This document shows, in pieces, positions 47,728 to 56,165 of a stretch of 64,000 bases of DNA; position 1 is the first letter of the stretch, and each line of letters starts with the position of its first letter. The position numbers and the translations under genes were made by a program. The notes under the pieces were generated by a model, which was given only the letters and a program-made list of their open reading frames with translations, did no database searches and was not told the DNA's origin. Where the stretch lies: the NCBI GenBank assembly GCA_016180855.1, contig JACPAL010000010.1, positions 118,988 to 182,987 of the forward strand, in the 5' to 3' direction. Source of the stretch: Deltaproteobacteria bacterium. GTDB lineage: Bacteria; UBA10199; JACPAL01.

Positions 47728-48719
47728 TACCAAAGAAGGCATTTGTCACCGGCGCGACCGGTTTCTTGGGGAGTCATCTCATTGACCGGCTCCTCGAGAA
47801 GGGATGGGAGGTTCATGCCTTGGTCCGCAAGTCGTCCAATCTCCGCTGGCTTTCGGGGAAAAAGATCAATCTTTATTACGGTGATGTTGTTGGCGATCTT
47901 GCGGCCCTCCGGGAAGGTCTTAAAGAGGTCGATCTCTGCTTTCATTTGGCCGGTGTCATCCGGGCAGCAAGGCCCTCTGACTATGACAAGGTTAATGCCG
48001 AGGGGACCCGGAACGTCCTCGAGTCGTTGCTTCAAGTCAACCCCAAGGTGGGGAAGGTTGTTGTGGTGACGAGTTTGGCCGCCTCCGGTCCCGCACAGAA
48101 TGGGAGGCCACTCAACGAGACAGATGACTGTCGTCCGGTCACCGATTATGGGAAGAGCAAGCTCAAGGCCGAAAAAATAGCGATGAGCTATTGTGACAGG
48201 CTACCGGTCACGATTATCCGCCCTCCTGGCATTTATGGTCCGCGTGACACCCAGATTTACCACTATTTTAAGATGGCAACGCGAGGTTTTATTATTCTCC
48301 CGCGAGGAGGCGAGCGAAGGCTGAACCTTGTGCACTCGGACGATGTCGTTCAAGGGATTCTGTTGGCCGCTGAAAGCCCACAATCAACCGGCGAGACTTT
48401 TTTTATTGGAGACGGTGAGAATTACAGTTGGGAAGAGATTGTGGATCAGGTTTCGGCGGCCGTCCGGCCCCGAGGCGTTTTCAAACTGAGGCTTCCCAAG
48501 TCGATGGGCTATCTTCTGGGGGGGTGTGGTGAAATTTTCATGCGGCTGACCGGTCAGATAATCCCGATCAACCTCACCAACATAAAAAATTTTTTCAAAG
48601 GAAACTGGATTTTGGATATCGGCAAGGCCCGGCGAATTCTTGGTTATAGGCCGACCCATCCACTGGCCGAAGGACTTCAGGAGACCGCGGCGTGGTATCG
48701 CAAGCAGGGCTGGCTTTAG
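47724..48719 (+). CDS. NAD-dependent epimerase/dehydratase-family SDR (candidate ceramide reductase CerR-like)
   Basis: GATGFLGSHL Rossmann motif and a YxxxK context. Confidence 0.75.
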   Translation: MIPKKAFVTGATGFLGSHLIDRLLEKGWEVHALVRKSSNLRWLSGKKINLYYGDVVGDLAALREGLKEVDLCFHLAGVIRAARPSDYDKVNAEGTRNVLESLLQVNPKVGKVVVVTSLAASGPAQNGRPLNETDDCRPVTDYGKSKLKAEKIAMSYCDRLPVTIIRPPGIYGPRDTQIYHYFKMATRGFIILPRGGERRLNLVHSDDVVQGILLAAESPQSTGETFFIGDGENYSWEEIVDQVSAAVRPRGVFKLRLPKSMGYLLGGCGEIFMRLTGQIIPINLTNIKNFFKGNWILDIGKARRILGYRPTHPLAEGLQETAAWYRKQGWL

Positions 48720-48896
48720 CCCATCCTATTCCTGAGATCTTCTACTGCGGCTGGCTACAAGGCCATGGGACTGCGTTCTCGGGTCAAAAAGTCCTCGACA
48801 TAGCGCACGGCTATGCCTCCGGGCTTTTTGACCCTGCGGCCTTGCCCCCTGGCCTTTCGCTCGACCTCGCAACGAACATCCCAGGAATAGGATGGG
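48720..48896. mobile_element. 177-bp MITE-like element with 15-bp perfect terminal inverted repeats
   Basis: CCCATCCTATTCCTG (48720..48734) and CAGGAATAGGATGGG (48882..48896). The extended arms match at about 21 of 23 positions. It lies between two convergent genes. Confidence 0.5.
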
Positions 48897-48905
48897 TTAG
48901 TGGAA

Positions 48906-49289
48906 TTAAGCGGTTTTTGATTCGATCAATCCAACAATCCCTTCCGCCGAGTTCAGTGAACTTTCCGCCAATTTTTTATCAGGAGAGACACCCCGTAAGG
49001 CCCCTGCGGCATCCGGATATTTTAATGGGACATAATATTCCGAAAGTTTTTTTAGAGTACCGATATGCTCATCCAGCCAGTCCACCTGCATGAGTTTCAA
49101 GAGACGGATTAACCCATGATCCTTAGGATAGCTTTTGTCTTGATAGACAAGATATCCTTTCATCGCCTTCTCAACGGCCTGCTGCGATAGAACACAAACA
49201 TGAGAGAAGAAACCATCTCGGAGACCTGCTTTTGCAAACGCCAGATCGTCTCTCGCATAGTCAAACCATTCCTCATGCAGCTTTTTCAT
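48906..49289 (-). CDS. HEPN-domain protein (HepT-like toxin)
   Basis: 127 aa with a HEPN-like pattern. Overlaps the MNT gene by 17 nt. Confidence 0.65.
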   Translation of the reverse strand: MKKLHEEWFDYARDDLAFAKAGLRDGFFSHVCVLSQQAVEKAMKGYLVYQDKSYPKDHGLIRLLKLMQVDWLDEHIGTLKKLSEYYVPLKYPDAAGALRGVSPDKKLAESSLNSAEGIVGLIESKTA

Positions 49290-49896
49290 AGAGTATTTTC
49301 CCTCTCTTTACAATTTCATCACGAAAAAATGGTCTTTCTTTGACTGCCTTGGCAAACTCGTCGGGTGTATAAACAAGGAAATCGATGTCGATATCATAAT
49401 TGAGAAGATCGACCAATTGATCAACTCTCTTAAAGTAGCTAAGAGAGGTCTCCTTGATGACCACCATATCGATATCCGAATTAGGCCCCACATGGTCGGT
49501 TGCTGCAGAACCGAAGAGAATTACCTTTTCCGGATCGTAATATTTCTTCAGATCGTCGAGGACCTGTTTCACATTTCTTTCAATCTCCTCCCGTCTTTTA
49601 AGATCCGATATCATCAGAACTTCGGGATTTTTATCCTCTCGCATCTTTTCGATGATTGATTTTATTTCTACGGTGAAAGGATATTTTTGATTCCAGCGAT
49701 AGAAGGCGGTCCCTGTCCTCTCGACCTTTTCGAGAAGACCACCCTTTGTGAGATATTTCAGCTCAAGCCCGACTGCATACGGGGATTCTTTGATCTCAGT
49801 TGCAACCTGTTGGGGGTAAAATTCATAGGACGAATTTATCGTAAATAAGGCTATTATCTTCCGCCGGACGGCTGATTTAACCAATAAATCAAACAT
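49273..49896 (-). CDS. wHTH fused to a minimal nucleotidyltransferase (MntA-like antitoxin)
   Basis: LFGSAATDHVGPNSDIDMVV (GS...DxD). First ATG at 49896; the track start at 49911 is a TTG. Confidence 0.7.
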   Translation of the reverse strand: MFDLLVKSAVRRKIIALFTINSSYEFYPQQVATEIKESPYAVGLELKYLTKGGLLEKVERTGTAFYRWNQKYPFTVEIKSIIEKMREDKNPEVLMISDLKRREEIERNVKQVLDDLKKYYDPEKVILFGSAATDHVGPNSDIDMVVIKETSLSYFKRVDQLVDLLNYDIDIDFLVYTPDEFAKAVKERPFFRDEIVKRGKILYEKAA

Positions 49897-49912
49897 ATTA
49901 TATATATACAAT

Positions 49913-49934
49913 AAATTTGTATATTTAACAAATT
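49913..49934. promoter_or_regulatory. Inverted repeat AAATTTGT-(7 nt)-ACAAATT upstream of the MNT gene
   Basis: Shares the AAATTTGT...TTAACAAATT core with 31088..31115. Confidence 0.4.
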
Positions 49935-50015
49935 AATTTTTATCCGCCTCCGCCAGAAAACCCCGCCGTCTTGCGGGGAGCTTCATTTCTGACTGGCAGG
50001 CCGAAGTAGTTTAGA

Positions 50016-50453
50016 TCAGGAGCAGCAGGCCTCTTTATCTTTCTTGCGGCAAAAAATCAGTGCATCAATGGAATAGCAACCGGCGCCTGTGAGCAACAGC
50101 GAGAGGGCGGTTCCGCCGTAGAGGAATGCCATCTCTTTGTGGTCCCATGGATCGGTCGCATGAAAGACAAAGAAGGCGGTCCCCATCGTGAAAAGGATCA
50201 GGAAGGAAGCAAGGCGTGTGAAAAGGCCCAAGGCGAGAAGAACACCTCCGACCCCTTCGCTCAACGCGGCGGCCCAGGCGAAAACGAGGGGGAAGGGGAG
50301 CCCCAGCTTTGCCGTCACCACGCCATCGGCAAATCCCTGCATATCCCCGTTGATCTTGCCCCAACCGTGCAGGGCAATACCATAGCCAATGAGAACTCTT
50401 AAGGTGAGCAACCCGAGTGCTTCGAGACGGGCCTTCCAAGGACAGTGTACCAT
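50016..50453 (-). CDS. DoxX-family membrane protein
   Basis: Start at the internal ATG (MVHCPWKA...). Four TM helices. The longer track ORF would overlap ndk. Confidence 0.65.
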   Translation of the reverse strand: MVHCPWKARLEALGLLTLRVLIGYGIALHGWGKINGDMQGFADGVVTAKLGLPFPLVFAWAAALSEGVGGVLLALGLFTRLASFLILFTMGTAFFVFHATDPWDHKEMAFLYGGTALSLLLTGAGCYSIDALIFCRKKDKEACCS

Positions 50454-50475
50454 ATAGTTATTCCCCCTTTGTTGG

Positions 50476-50886
50476 TTAGAGATCTGGAAAGAAAAATCTG
50501 ATTTCAACCTTTGCCGTTTCCGGTCCATCCGACCCGTGAACGACATTTGCGTCGATGCTTGTTGCAAAATCGCGCCGAATCGTCCCCGGGGCCGCCTTCT
50601 GCGGATCGGTTGCCCCCATGACCTCCCGGTTTTTGGTAATGGCGTTGTCCCCCTCAAGGACTGAAACAAAGACAGGTCCTGAGGTCATATATTTTACAAG
50701 AGATTCGTAAAACGGCCTTCCCCGATGAACGGCATAGAACTCCTGGGCCTGATTTTTTGTGAGATGGATCATTCGGGCGGCGACAATCTTTAACTCCACC
50801 TTTTCAAAACGTTTCAAGCATTCCCCGATGAGGTTTTTGCCAACGCCATCCGGCTTGATAATCGACAGCGTTCTTTCTTTAGGCAC
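50476..50886 (-). CDS. ndk: Nucleoside diphosphate kinase
   Basis: IIKPDGV and NVVHGSD motifs. Confidence 0.95.
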   Translation of the reverse strand: MPKERTLSIIKPDGVGKNLIGECLKRFEKVELKIVAARMIHLTKNQAQEFYAVHRGRPFYESLVKYMTSGPVFVSVLEGDNAITKNREVMGATDPQKAAPGTIRRDFATSIDANVVHGSDGPETAKVEIRFFFPDL

Positions 50887-51751
50887 GATAAATCTCCTTA
50901 AGACAGGGTGCGATCTCTACGAGACTTCTTGCCACACGAACCCCCGCTAACTCAAGTGCTTTTACCTTTTCCTTTGCGGTTCCCTTACCGCCGGCAATGA
51001 TCGCTCCGGCGTGACCCATTCGCTTTCCCGGAGGGGCCGTCATTCCGGCGATAAAAGAGACGACCGGCTTTTTGACAGCTCTTTTGATGTAATCGGCCGC
51101 CTCTTCTTCAGCGTTCCCTCCAATCTCACCGATCATCACGATCGCCTCGGTCATCGGATCTTCATTGAAGAGTTTCAGGCAGTCGACAAAACTGGTCCCG
51201 GGGACAGGATCTCCCCCGATTCCGATACAAGTCGACTGCCCGAGCCCCATTCTCGTAACCTGGTCGACTGCTTCATAGGTGAGGGTTCCTGAACGTGAAA
51301 CAACCCCCACCTTTCCCGGTTTATGAATGTGGCCTGGCATGATCCCGATCTTGCATTCGCCCGGTGTAATGATACCAGGGCAATTGGGGCCAATGAGTCG
51401 AGTTTTTCCCCCCATCATGTTTCTCTTGATCCGCACCATGTCGAGCACCGGGATTCCTTCTGTAATACAGACGACGAGATCGAGTTCGGCCTCCACGGCC
51501 TCCTGAATTGCTGTGGCGGCGAACTTTGGGGGGACATACACAACGGAAGTGGTTGCCCCCGTCTTTTCCTTCGCCTCCCGGACCGAATTGAAGATCGGTA
51601 TCCCCTCAAACTCCTGTCCCCCTTTGCCGGGGACCACGCCGGCAACGACCCTTGTTCCGTAAGCGATACACTGCCGCGTGTGAAACTGTGCCGTAGTACC
51701 CGTGATTCCCTGGGTGAGGGCCTTCGTATTTTTATTAATGAGAATGGACAT
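50879..51751 (-). CDS. sucD: Succinyl-CoA ligase alpha subunit
   Basis: CoA-binding and phospho-His region (GHAGAII). Confidence 0.93.
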   Translation of the reverse strand: MSILINKNTKALTQGITGTTAQFHTRQCIAYGTRVVAGVVPGKGGQEFEGIPIFNSVREAKEKTGATTSVVYVPPKFAATAIQEAVEAELDLVVCITEGIPVLDMVRIKRNMMGGKTRLIGPNCPGIITPGECKIGIMPGHIHKPGKVGVVSRSGTLTYEAVDQVTRMGLGQSTCIGIGGDPVPGTSFVDCLKLFNEDPMTEAIVMIGEIGGNAEEEAADYIKRAVKKPVVSFIAGMTAPPGKRMGHAGAIIAGGKGTAKEKVKALELAGVRVARSLVEIAPCLKEIYRA

Positions 51752-51756
51752 CGTTT

Positions 51757-52914
51757 TTAATGCACCATCTTGACCACTTTTTCCGCAGCTTTTCCAAGAT
51801 GGTCCTCCGCAATGAGGGCCAGACCGGAATCCGCGAGAATTTTCTTCCCGAGATCGACATTAGTCCCCTGGAGTCTTACAACGACCGGAACCTTCAAGTG
51901 GACCTCTTTGGCGGCCGCTACAATCCCTTGGGCGATCGTATCGCATTTCATAATGCCGCCGAAGATATTGACAAGAATCGCCTTCACCTTTGGGTCGGCC
52001 AAAATAATCTTGAAGGCGTTCGTGACTTGCTCGGCAGTCGCTCCGCCTCCGACATCAAGAAAATTGGCCGGCTCTCCCCCTGCGAGCTTGATGATATCCA
52101 TTGTGGCCATCGCAAGTCCGGCCCCGTTGACCATGCAACCGATCGTACCGTTCAAGCTGATGTAGGAAAGCCCATGCTTTTTGGCCTCGACCTCCTTCGG
52201 ATCCTCTTCCTCCAGATCACGCCACGATTCAAATTCAGGGTGGCGGAAAAGGGCGTTGTCATCAAAATTAATTTTTGCGTCCAGTGCCAGCAGTTCACCC
52301 TCTTCCGTCACAACCAGCGGATTAATTTCCAGGAGAGAACAGTCAGACTGCAAATAGGCCTGATACAATGATTTAACAAATGGGAGAAATTGTCTGGTCA
52401 GTGTCCTATCAAACCCCAGTTTTTGGGCGATCCTTTCCGCCTCTTTTTCGTCGACTCCCGTCAGGGGGTCGACGGCGATCTTGAGGATCTTTTCAGGACT
52501 CTTCTCGGCGACCTCTTCGATTTCAACGCCCCCGTCCGAGCTCGCCATGAGGGTGACCCGCGACGTCACGCGATCCAAGACGGCCCCTAGATACAATTCC
52601 CTTTTGATCTGACAGCCTCTCTCAATGAGGAGGCGTTTGACAATTTTCCCCTCCGGTCCTGTCTGGTGCGTGACGAGCTTCATCCCAAAAATATTTCTTA
52701 TGTGTGATACGGCCTCTTCCTCGGTTTTTGCTACCTTGACTCCACCTCCCTTGCCTCGTCCGCCGGCGTGAATCTGGGCCTTGACGACGAGAGGAAGCGG
52801 GAGACGCTTGGCAATCCGGAGCGCCTCATCGATTGAAAAGGCGGCTTGGCCTTCAGGAACCGGGACGCCGAACTTTTTGAGAAGCTCCTTCCCCTGATAT
52901 TCGTGAATTTTCAT
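51757..52914 (-). CDS. sucC: Succinyl-CoA ligase beta subunit
   Basis: [12 protein letters not shown] and an ATP-grasp N-terminus. Confidence 0.93.
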   Translation of the reverse strand: MKIHEYQGKELLKKFGVPVPEGQAAFSIDEALRIAKRLPLPLVVKAQIHAGGRGKGGGVKVAKTEEEAVSHIRNIFGMKLVTHQTGPEGKIVKRLLIERGCQIKRELYLGAVLDRVTSRVTLMASSDGGVEIEEVAEKSPEKILKIAVDPLTGVDEKEAERIAQKLGFDRTLTRQFLPFVKSLYQAYLQSDCSLLEINPLVVTEEGELLALDAKINFDDNALFRHPEFESWRDLEEEDPKEVEAKKHGLSYISLNGTIGCMVNGAGLAMATMDIIKLAGGEPANFLDVGGGATAEQVTNAFKIILADPKVKAILVNIFGGIMKCDTIAQGIVAAAKEVHLKVPVVVRLQGTNVDLGKKILADSGLALIAEDHLGKAAEKVVKMVH

Positions 52915-52978
52915 TAAGGCAGGCTTCTAGCAAATAAGGGAGCCGTGGTGCAACCAGAATTAGGTCAGCTACATGTAT

Positions 52979-54655
52979 TTAGTCTCTAATGGCAAAGAAA
53001 AAAGGATAAAGATCGTACCAAGGGGCCGGGCTTGTTCTTTTTTGATAATATTTTGCCCCCGACTCGGATAAGGTCCAAACCCAATCGGAGTTGGCGTCGT
53101 AATCCAGATTTTCAAGTCCAGCAGGGCCTTCATAAATTATTTCGCTTTGTGGAAAACCTCTGTCGTTGGGACCATTATAGGTTAATCGAACGATGTGGCT
53201 CGGATTATCCCCATAACTTGTGGTAACATAAAACTCATATTTATCTCCATCTGCGTTTTTGAGAGCGACCCCCTGAATTTTAAATGTTTGTCGTGGTCCT
53301 TTAAAAATATAAAGGGGGTTTGGATTTAATCCTCCGCCCGATTCAAAACGGTAGCCAAATATTTGCACTGGGTTTTCTTCATCAAACTTCCCTGTCCAGA
53401 GAATCGGTTGATGCAAGTGATCTTCGCTGATCGATAAGAATGAAAAAAAATTGTCTGTGCTGAAGGAATCGGCATCTTTGTAAAGCTCCGTAAATCCCCA
53501 TCCGTTTTTGTTTATTTTGCCCCGGGTTATGGGAAAGCGGTGTATCTCTCCTCTGTCGGGGATGTAAAAGGCCTCCTCATGCCAAGCCACTCCCCCAACA
53601 TGCCCAAAGTAACCGACATCGGGTGTTTCATAGAGGGCATAAACATGATTTAATTTTCCTTCCTGATCCATTTTTGCAATGAGAGAGGGTTGACGCTCTT
53701 CTTCATCGGCGACATTTTTATAATAAAAGGAGAGATAAAAAGAATCCCCCACTTTGTCGATTCCTTGGGGAATATAATGATAATTTAAGAGTGGGAGTGG
53801 TAATCTTTTTCTGACTTTTTCTTCGTTGCCATATTTGCTGATTGTTTTGCTGAGGCGGTGATCGAGGAGTTCCGTGTTTGAAAGATAGTCGTGATAAGAG
53901 GGCATTCCTTGATGGGGGGAATTGTCTTGAGGCATCAGGTTGAGTTTTAAATAGTTGTCGATTCCTGCCGCATAGTTGCGAACGGTGAGGGAATAGAGAT
54001 AACCCTCATAATAGTCTCCCTGCCAATTTTTGCCCACAAGAGGTTTGTTCTTGCTCTGTCGTACTTTCCAAAATCCGCCCTTGTTTTCCTCGGCGACCTG
54101 TTCCCCATTGATAAAAAGCTGGCAAGAAAATTGATCATTTGTTTCTTTACATCGCAAAGCAACCCGCTGCCACTGATCTAACTTGATGAGATCGCCTGTT
54201 ATTGTGAAGAGTTGGCGGCCTCCAAAATAGACTGATCGTAACCACGTTTGTCCAACCAAAGATCCATTTTTAATCATCAATGCAAATCCCGTTTCGCCAG
54301 AAATGTTTGTAAAAATGGGTCGTAGGTTGTCGACGCGTCTGGGAGAAAGGAAGGCTTCAATGGTATAGGAAGAGCGTTCATTCGAATCGTTCGTGTTGAT
54401 TGCTTCCCTTCCCTGGATATAGCCATCGCCATCAAACAAGGTAAAATAATATTTTGGAAGGGAACCGGGGGCATCGAAAGTGATGATTTGTGTTTCATCT
54501 TTTTCGGTGGGCGAAATCCAAACGGGCCTTGGTGAAAAGTGTGGACGATAACGAAAGAGAACGCGGTGGTTATATTGGGTTCTTTCTTGGGCAATCAATG
54601 GTGTAGCAAGAAACAAGTGGAGCGTTACAAAAAACAGAATCGAAAACTTAAACAT
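52979..54655 (-). CDS. Secreted protein with a LamG/concanavalin-like domain
   Basis: Signal peptide MFKFSILFFVTLHLFLATPLIAQE from the internal ATG at 54655. A TATAAT box lies just upstream. The longer track ORF would overlap the response-regulator gene. Confidence 0.55.
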   Translation of the reverse strand: MFKFSILFFVTLHLFLATPLIAQERTQYNHRVLFRYRPHFSPRPVWISPTEKDETQIITFDAPGSLPKYYFTLFDGDGYIQGREAINTNDSNERSSYTIEAFLSPRRVDNLRPIFTNISGETGFALMIKNGSLVGQTWLRSVYFGGRQLFTITGDLIKLDQWQRVALRCKETNDQFSCQLFINGEQVAEENKGGFWKVRQSKNKPLVGKNWQGDYYEGYLYSLTVRNYAAGIDNYLKLNLMPQDNSPHQGMPSYHDYLSNTELLDHRLSKTISKYGNEEKVRKRLPLPLLNYHYIPQGIDKVGDSFYLSFYYKNVADEEERQPSLIAKMDQEGKLNHVYALYETPDVGYFGHVGGVAWHEEAFYIPDRGEIHRFPITRGKINKNGWGFTELYKDADSFSTDNFFSFLSISEDHLHQPILWTGKFDEENPVQIFGYRFESGGGLNPNPLYIFKGPRQTFKIQGVALKNADGDKYEFYVTTSYGDNPSHIVRLTYNGPNDRGFPQSEIIYEGPAGLENLDYDANSDWVWTLSESGAKYYQKRTSPAPWYDLYPFFFAIRD

Positions 54656-54720
54656 TTGAAAATTATACAAAACAACCAGGACTTTAGCAAACATTCCTAG
54701 GTAGGTAGGTGGTGTCCAAG

Positions 54721-55140
54721 TCAAGCCGGGATCATATCTTCTCCGACGAGGGACCTCTTCCTCCACTCGTCAAGGGAGACCTCATCATGAAGCGCCTTGT
54801 CGATCGAGCGATGGAGCTCGTCCAGACCGAACGGCTTGATGAGACAGTCGTAGATGCCGAGCCGCATTGCCTCCTCCAGATCGAGGGAGTCGACAAAACC
54901 GGTAATCAATATCACTTTTGTGTCAGGTGAAAAATCCTTAAGATGTTTGATTGCCTTGAGACCATCGAGACGGGGCATCTTGTAATCAACGATGGCCGCA
55001 TCGAAACTCTTCCCCTTGCACATAAACAGAAATTCCTCTCCGTCAAAGGCGCATTTGACCTCATACCCTATTTTCTCGAGGAAACGCTGGAGCCCGTAGA
55101 CCAGTATCTTGTTGTCATCGGCAATGATAATACTACTCAT
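54721..55140 (-). CDS. Single-domain response regulator (CheY-like receiver)
   Basis: DD...D...T...K receiver pattern (IIADDN, VDYKMPRLDG, ILITG, KP). Confidence 0.85.
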   Translation of the reverse strand: MSSIIIADDNKILVYGLQRFLEKIGYEVKCAFDGEEFLFMCKGKSFDAAIVDYKMPRLDGLKAIKHLKDFSPDTKVILITGFVDSLDLEEAMRLGIYDCLIKPFGLDELHRSIDKALHDEVSLDEWRKRSLVGEDMIPA

Positions 55141-55337
55141 CTTGAAACCCTCCTGCCTGACTCTGTAGCAAACAGGATGCCAGTGGTCTCTTTCCCCACC
55201 AACCTCTTTGAAATAAAGGGCTATCTTTAAAACCCGATGCCCGGTTGTCTCTCTTCCGATCAGAACCTGTTTTCCGGATTCGGAAATGTTTATCCGGTTG
55301 CATCGATTTCCGGAAATGCAGTATGAGGAGCGATTCC

Positions 55338-56165
55338 ATGGGGCTCAAAAACTTTGAGAGACTAAAAAACCTAAGCAGTTGGAGAAAACTCTCGATTGCT
55401 ACTTGGCGTGCCCCCAACGATCCAACCGTCTATGGGCAGCTACCAATCGATTTCACCGCCTGTCGTGCCTATCTGGAGAAGATCAACAAGGACTCCGATA
55501 TCAAGATTACGGTAACACATCTCGTTGCCAAGGCGGTGGCGCTTGCCCTGCGCAGTTTTCCGGATTTAAACGGGATCATCCGATGGAGAAGGATTTATAT
55601 CCGAAAGACCGTCGATATCAGTCTGCAGGTCGCTATTGAACAGAAAGGGAGGGCAGAGAAACCGGATCTTTCAGCCGCCAAGGTGGAGAATTGTGATGAA
55701 AAGAGCCTCCAGCAGATCGCACGGGAGCTTAAGAAGAAGAGTGAGAGCATCCGTACGGGGAACGATCCCCAATTTCGCTCGACCTTGAGGATGCTTGATC
55801 TGCTCCCACCGCTCCTCCTTACCTGGGCCGTCAAGCTCATGGTCTTTTTGACCTTTGATCTGGGGCTCGCCTTTCCGCGTCTTGGACTTCCACGCGATCC
55901 ATTCGGTTCGGCGATGGTGACAAGCGTCGGGATGCTCCGGGTTCCGTCCGGTTTTGCGCCTCTCGTTCCGTTATCTCGTGTTCCGATCATTGTCTGTGCC
56001 GGTGAGGTGAAGGATCAACCGTGGGTTATAGAGGGTCAGCTCGTCGTTCGTCCCGTGCTTGATCTGAGCTTCACCTTCGATCATCGCTTTATTGATGGAC
56101 TGACCGGTTCGCGAATGGCCAATTATCTTCGAGGAATCATCGAGAACCCCGACAAGTTTTTTTAA
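55338..56165 (+). CDS. Stand-alone 2-oxoacid dehydrogenase E2-type acyltransferase catalytic domain protein
   Basis: Catalytic DHRFIDG motif near the C-terminus. No lipoyl or E3-binding domain. GGAG RBS before the ATG at 55338. Confidence 0.65.
   Translation: MGLKNFERLKNLSSWRKLSIATWRAPNDPTVYGQLPIDFTACRAYLEKINKDSDIKITVTHLVAKAVALALRSFPDLNGIIRWRRIYIRKTVDISLQVAIEQKGRAEKPDLSAAKVENCDEKSLQQIARELKKKSESIRTGNDPQFRSTLRMLDLLPPLLLTWAVKLMVFLTFDLGLAFPRLGLPRDPFGSAMVTSVGMLRVPSGFAPLVPLSRVPIIVCAGEVKDQPWVIEGQLVVRPVLDLSFTFDHRFIDGLTGSRMANYLRGIIENPDKFF

Noticed and set aside
48692-49093. 133-aa ORF on the plus strand
   Set aside because: It spans the MITE-like repeat and runs antisense into the HEPN gene. No RBS and no motif.
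50454-50669. Track start of the DoxX ORF (217 aa)
   Set aside because: It would overlap ndk by about 190 nt in another frame. The TM protein begins at the internal Met (MVHCPWK).
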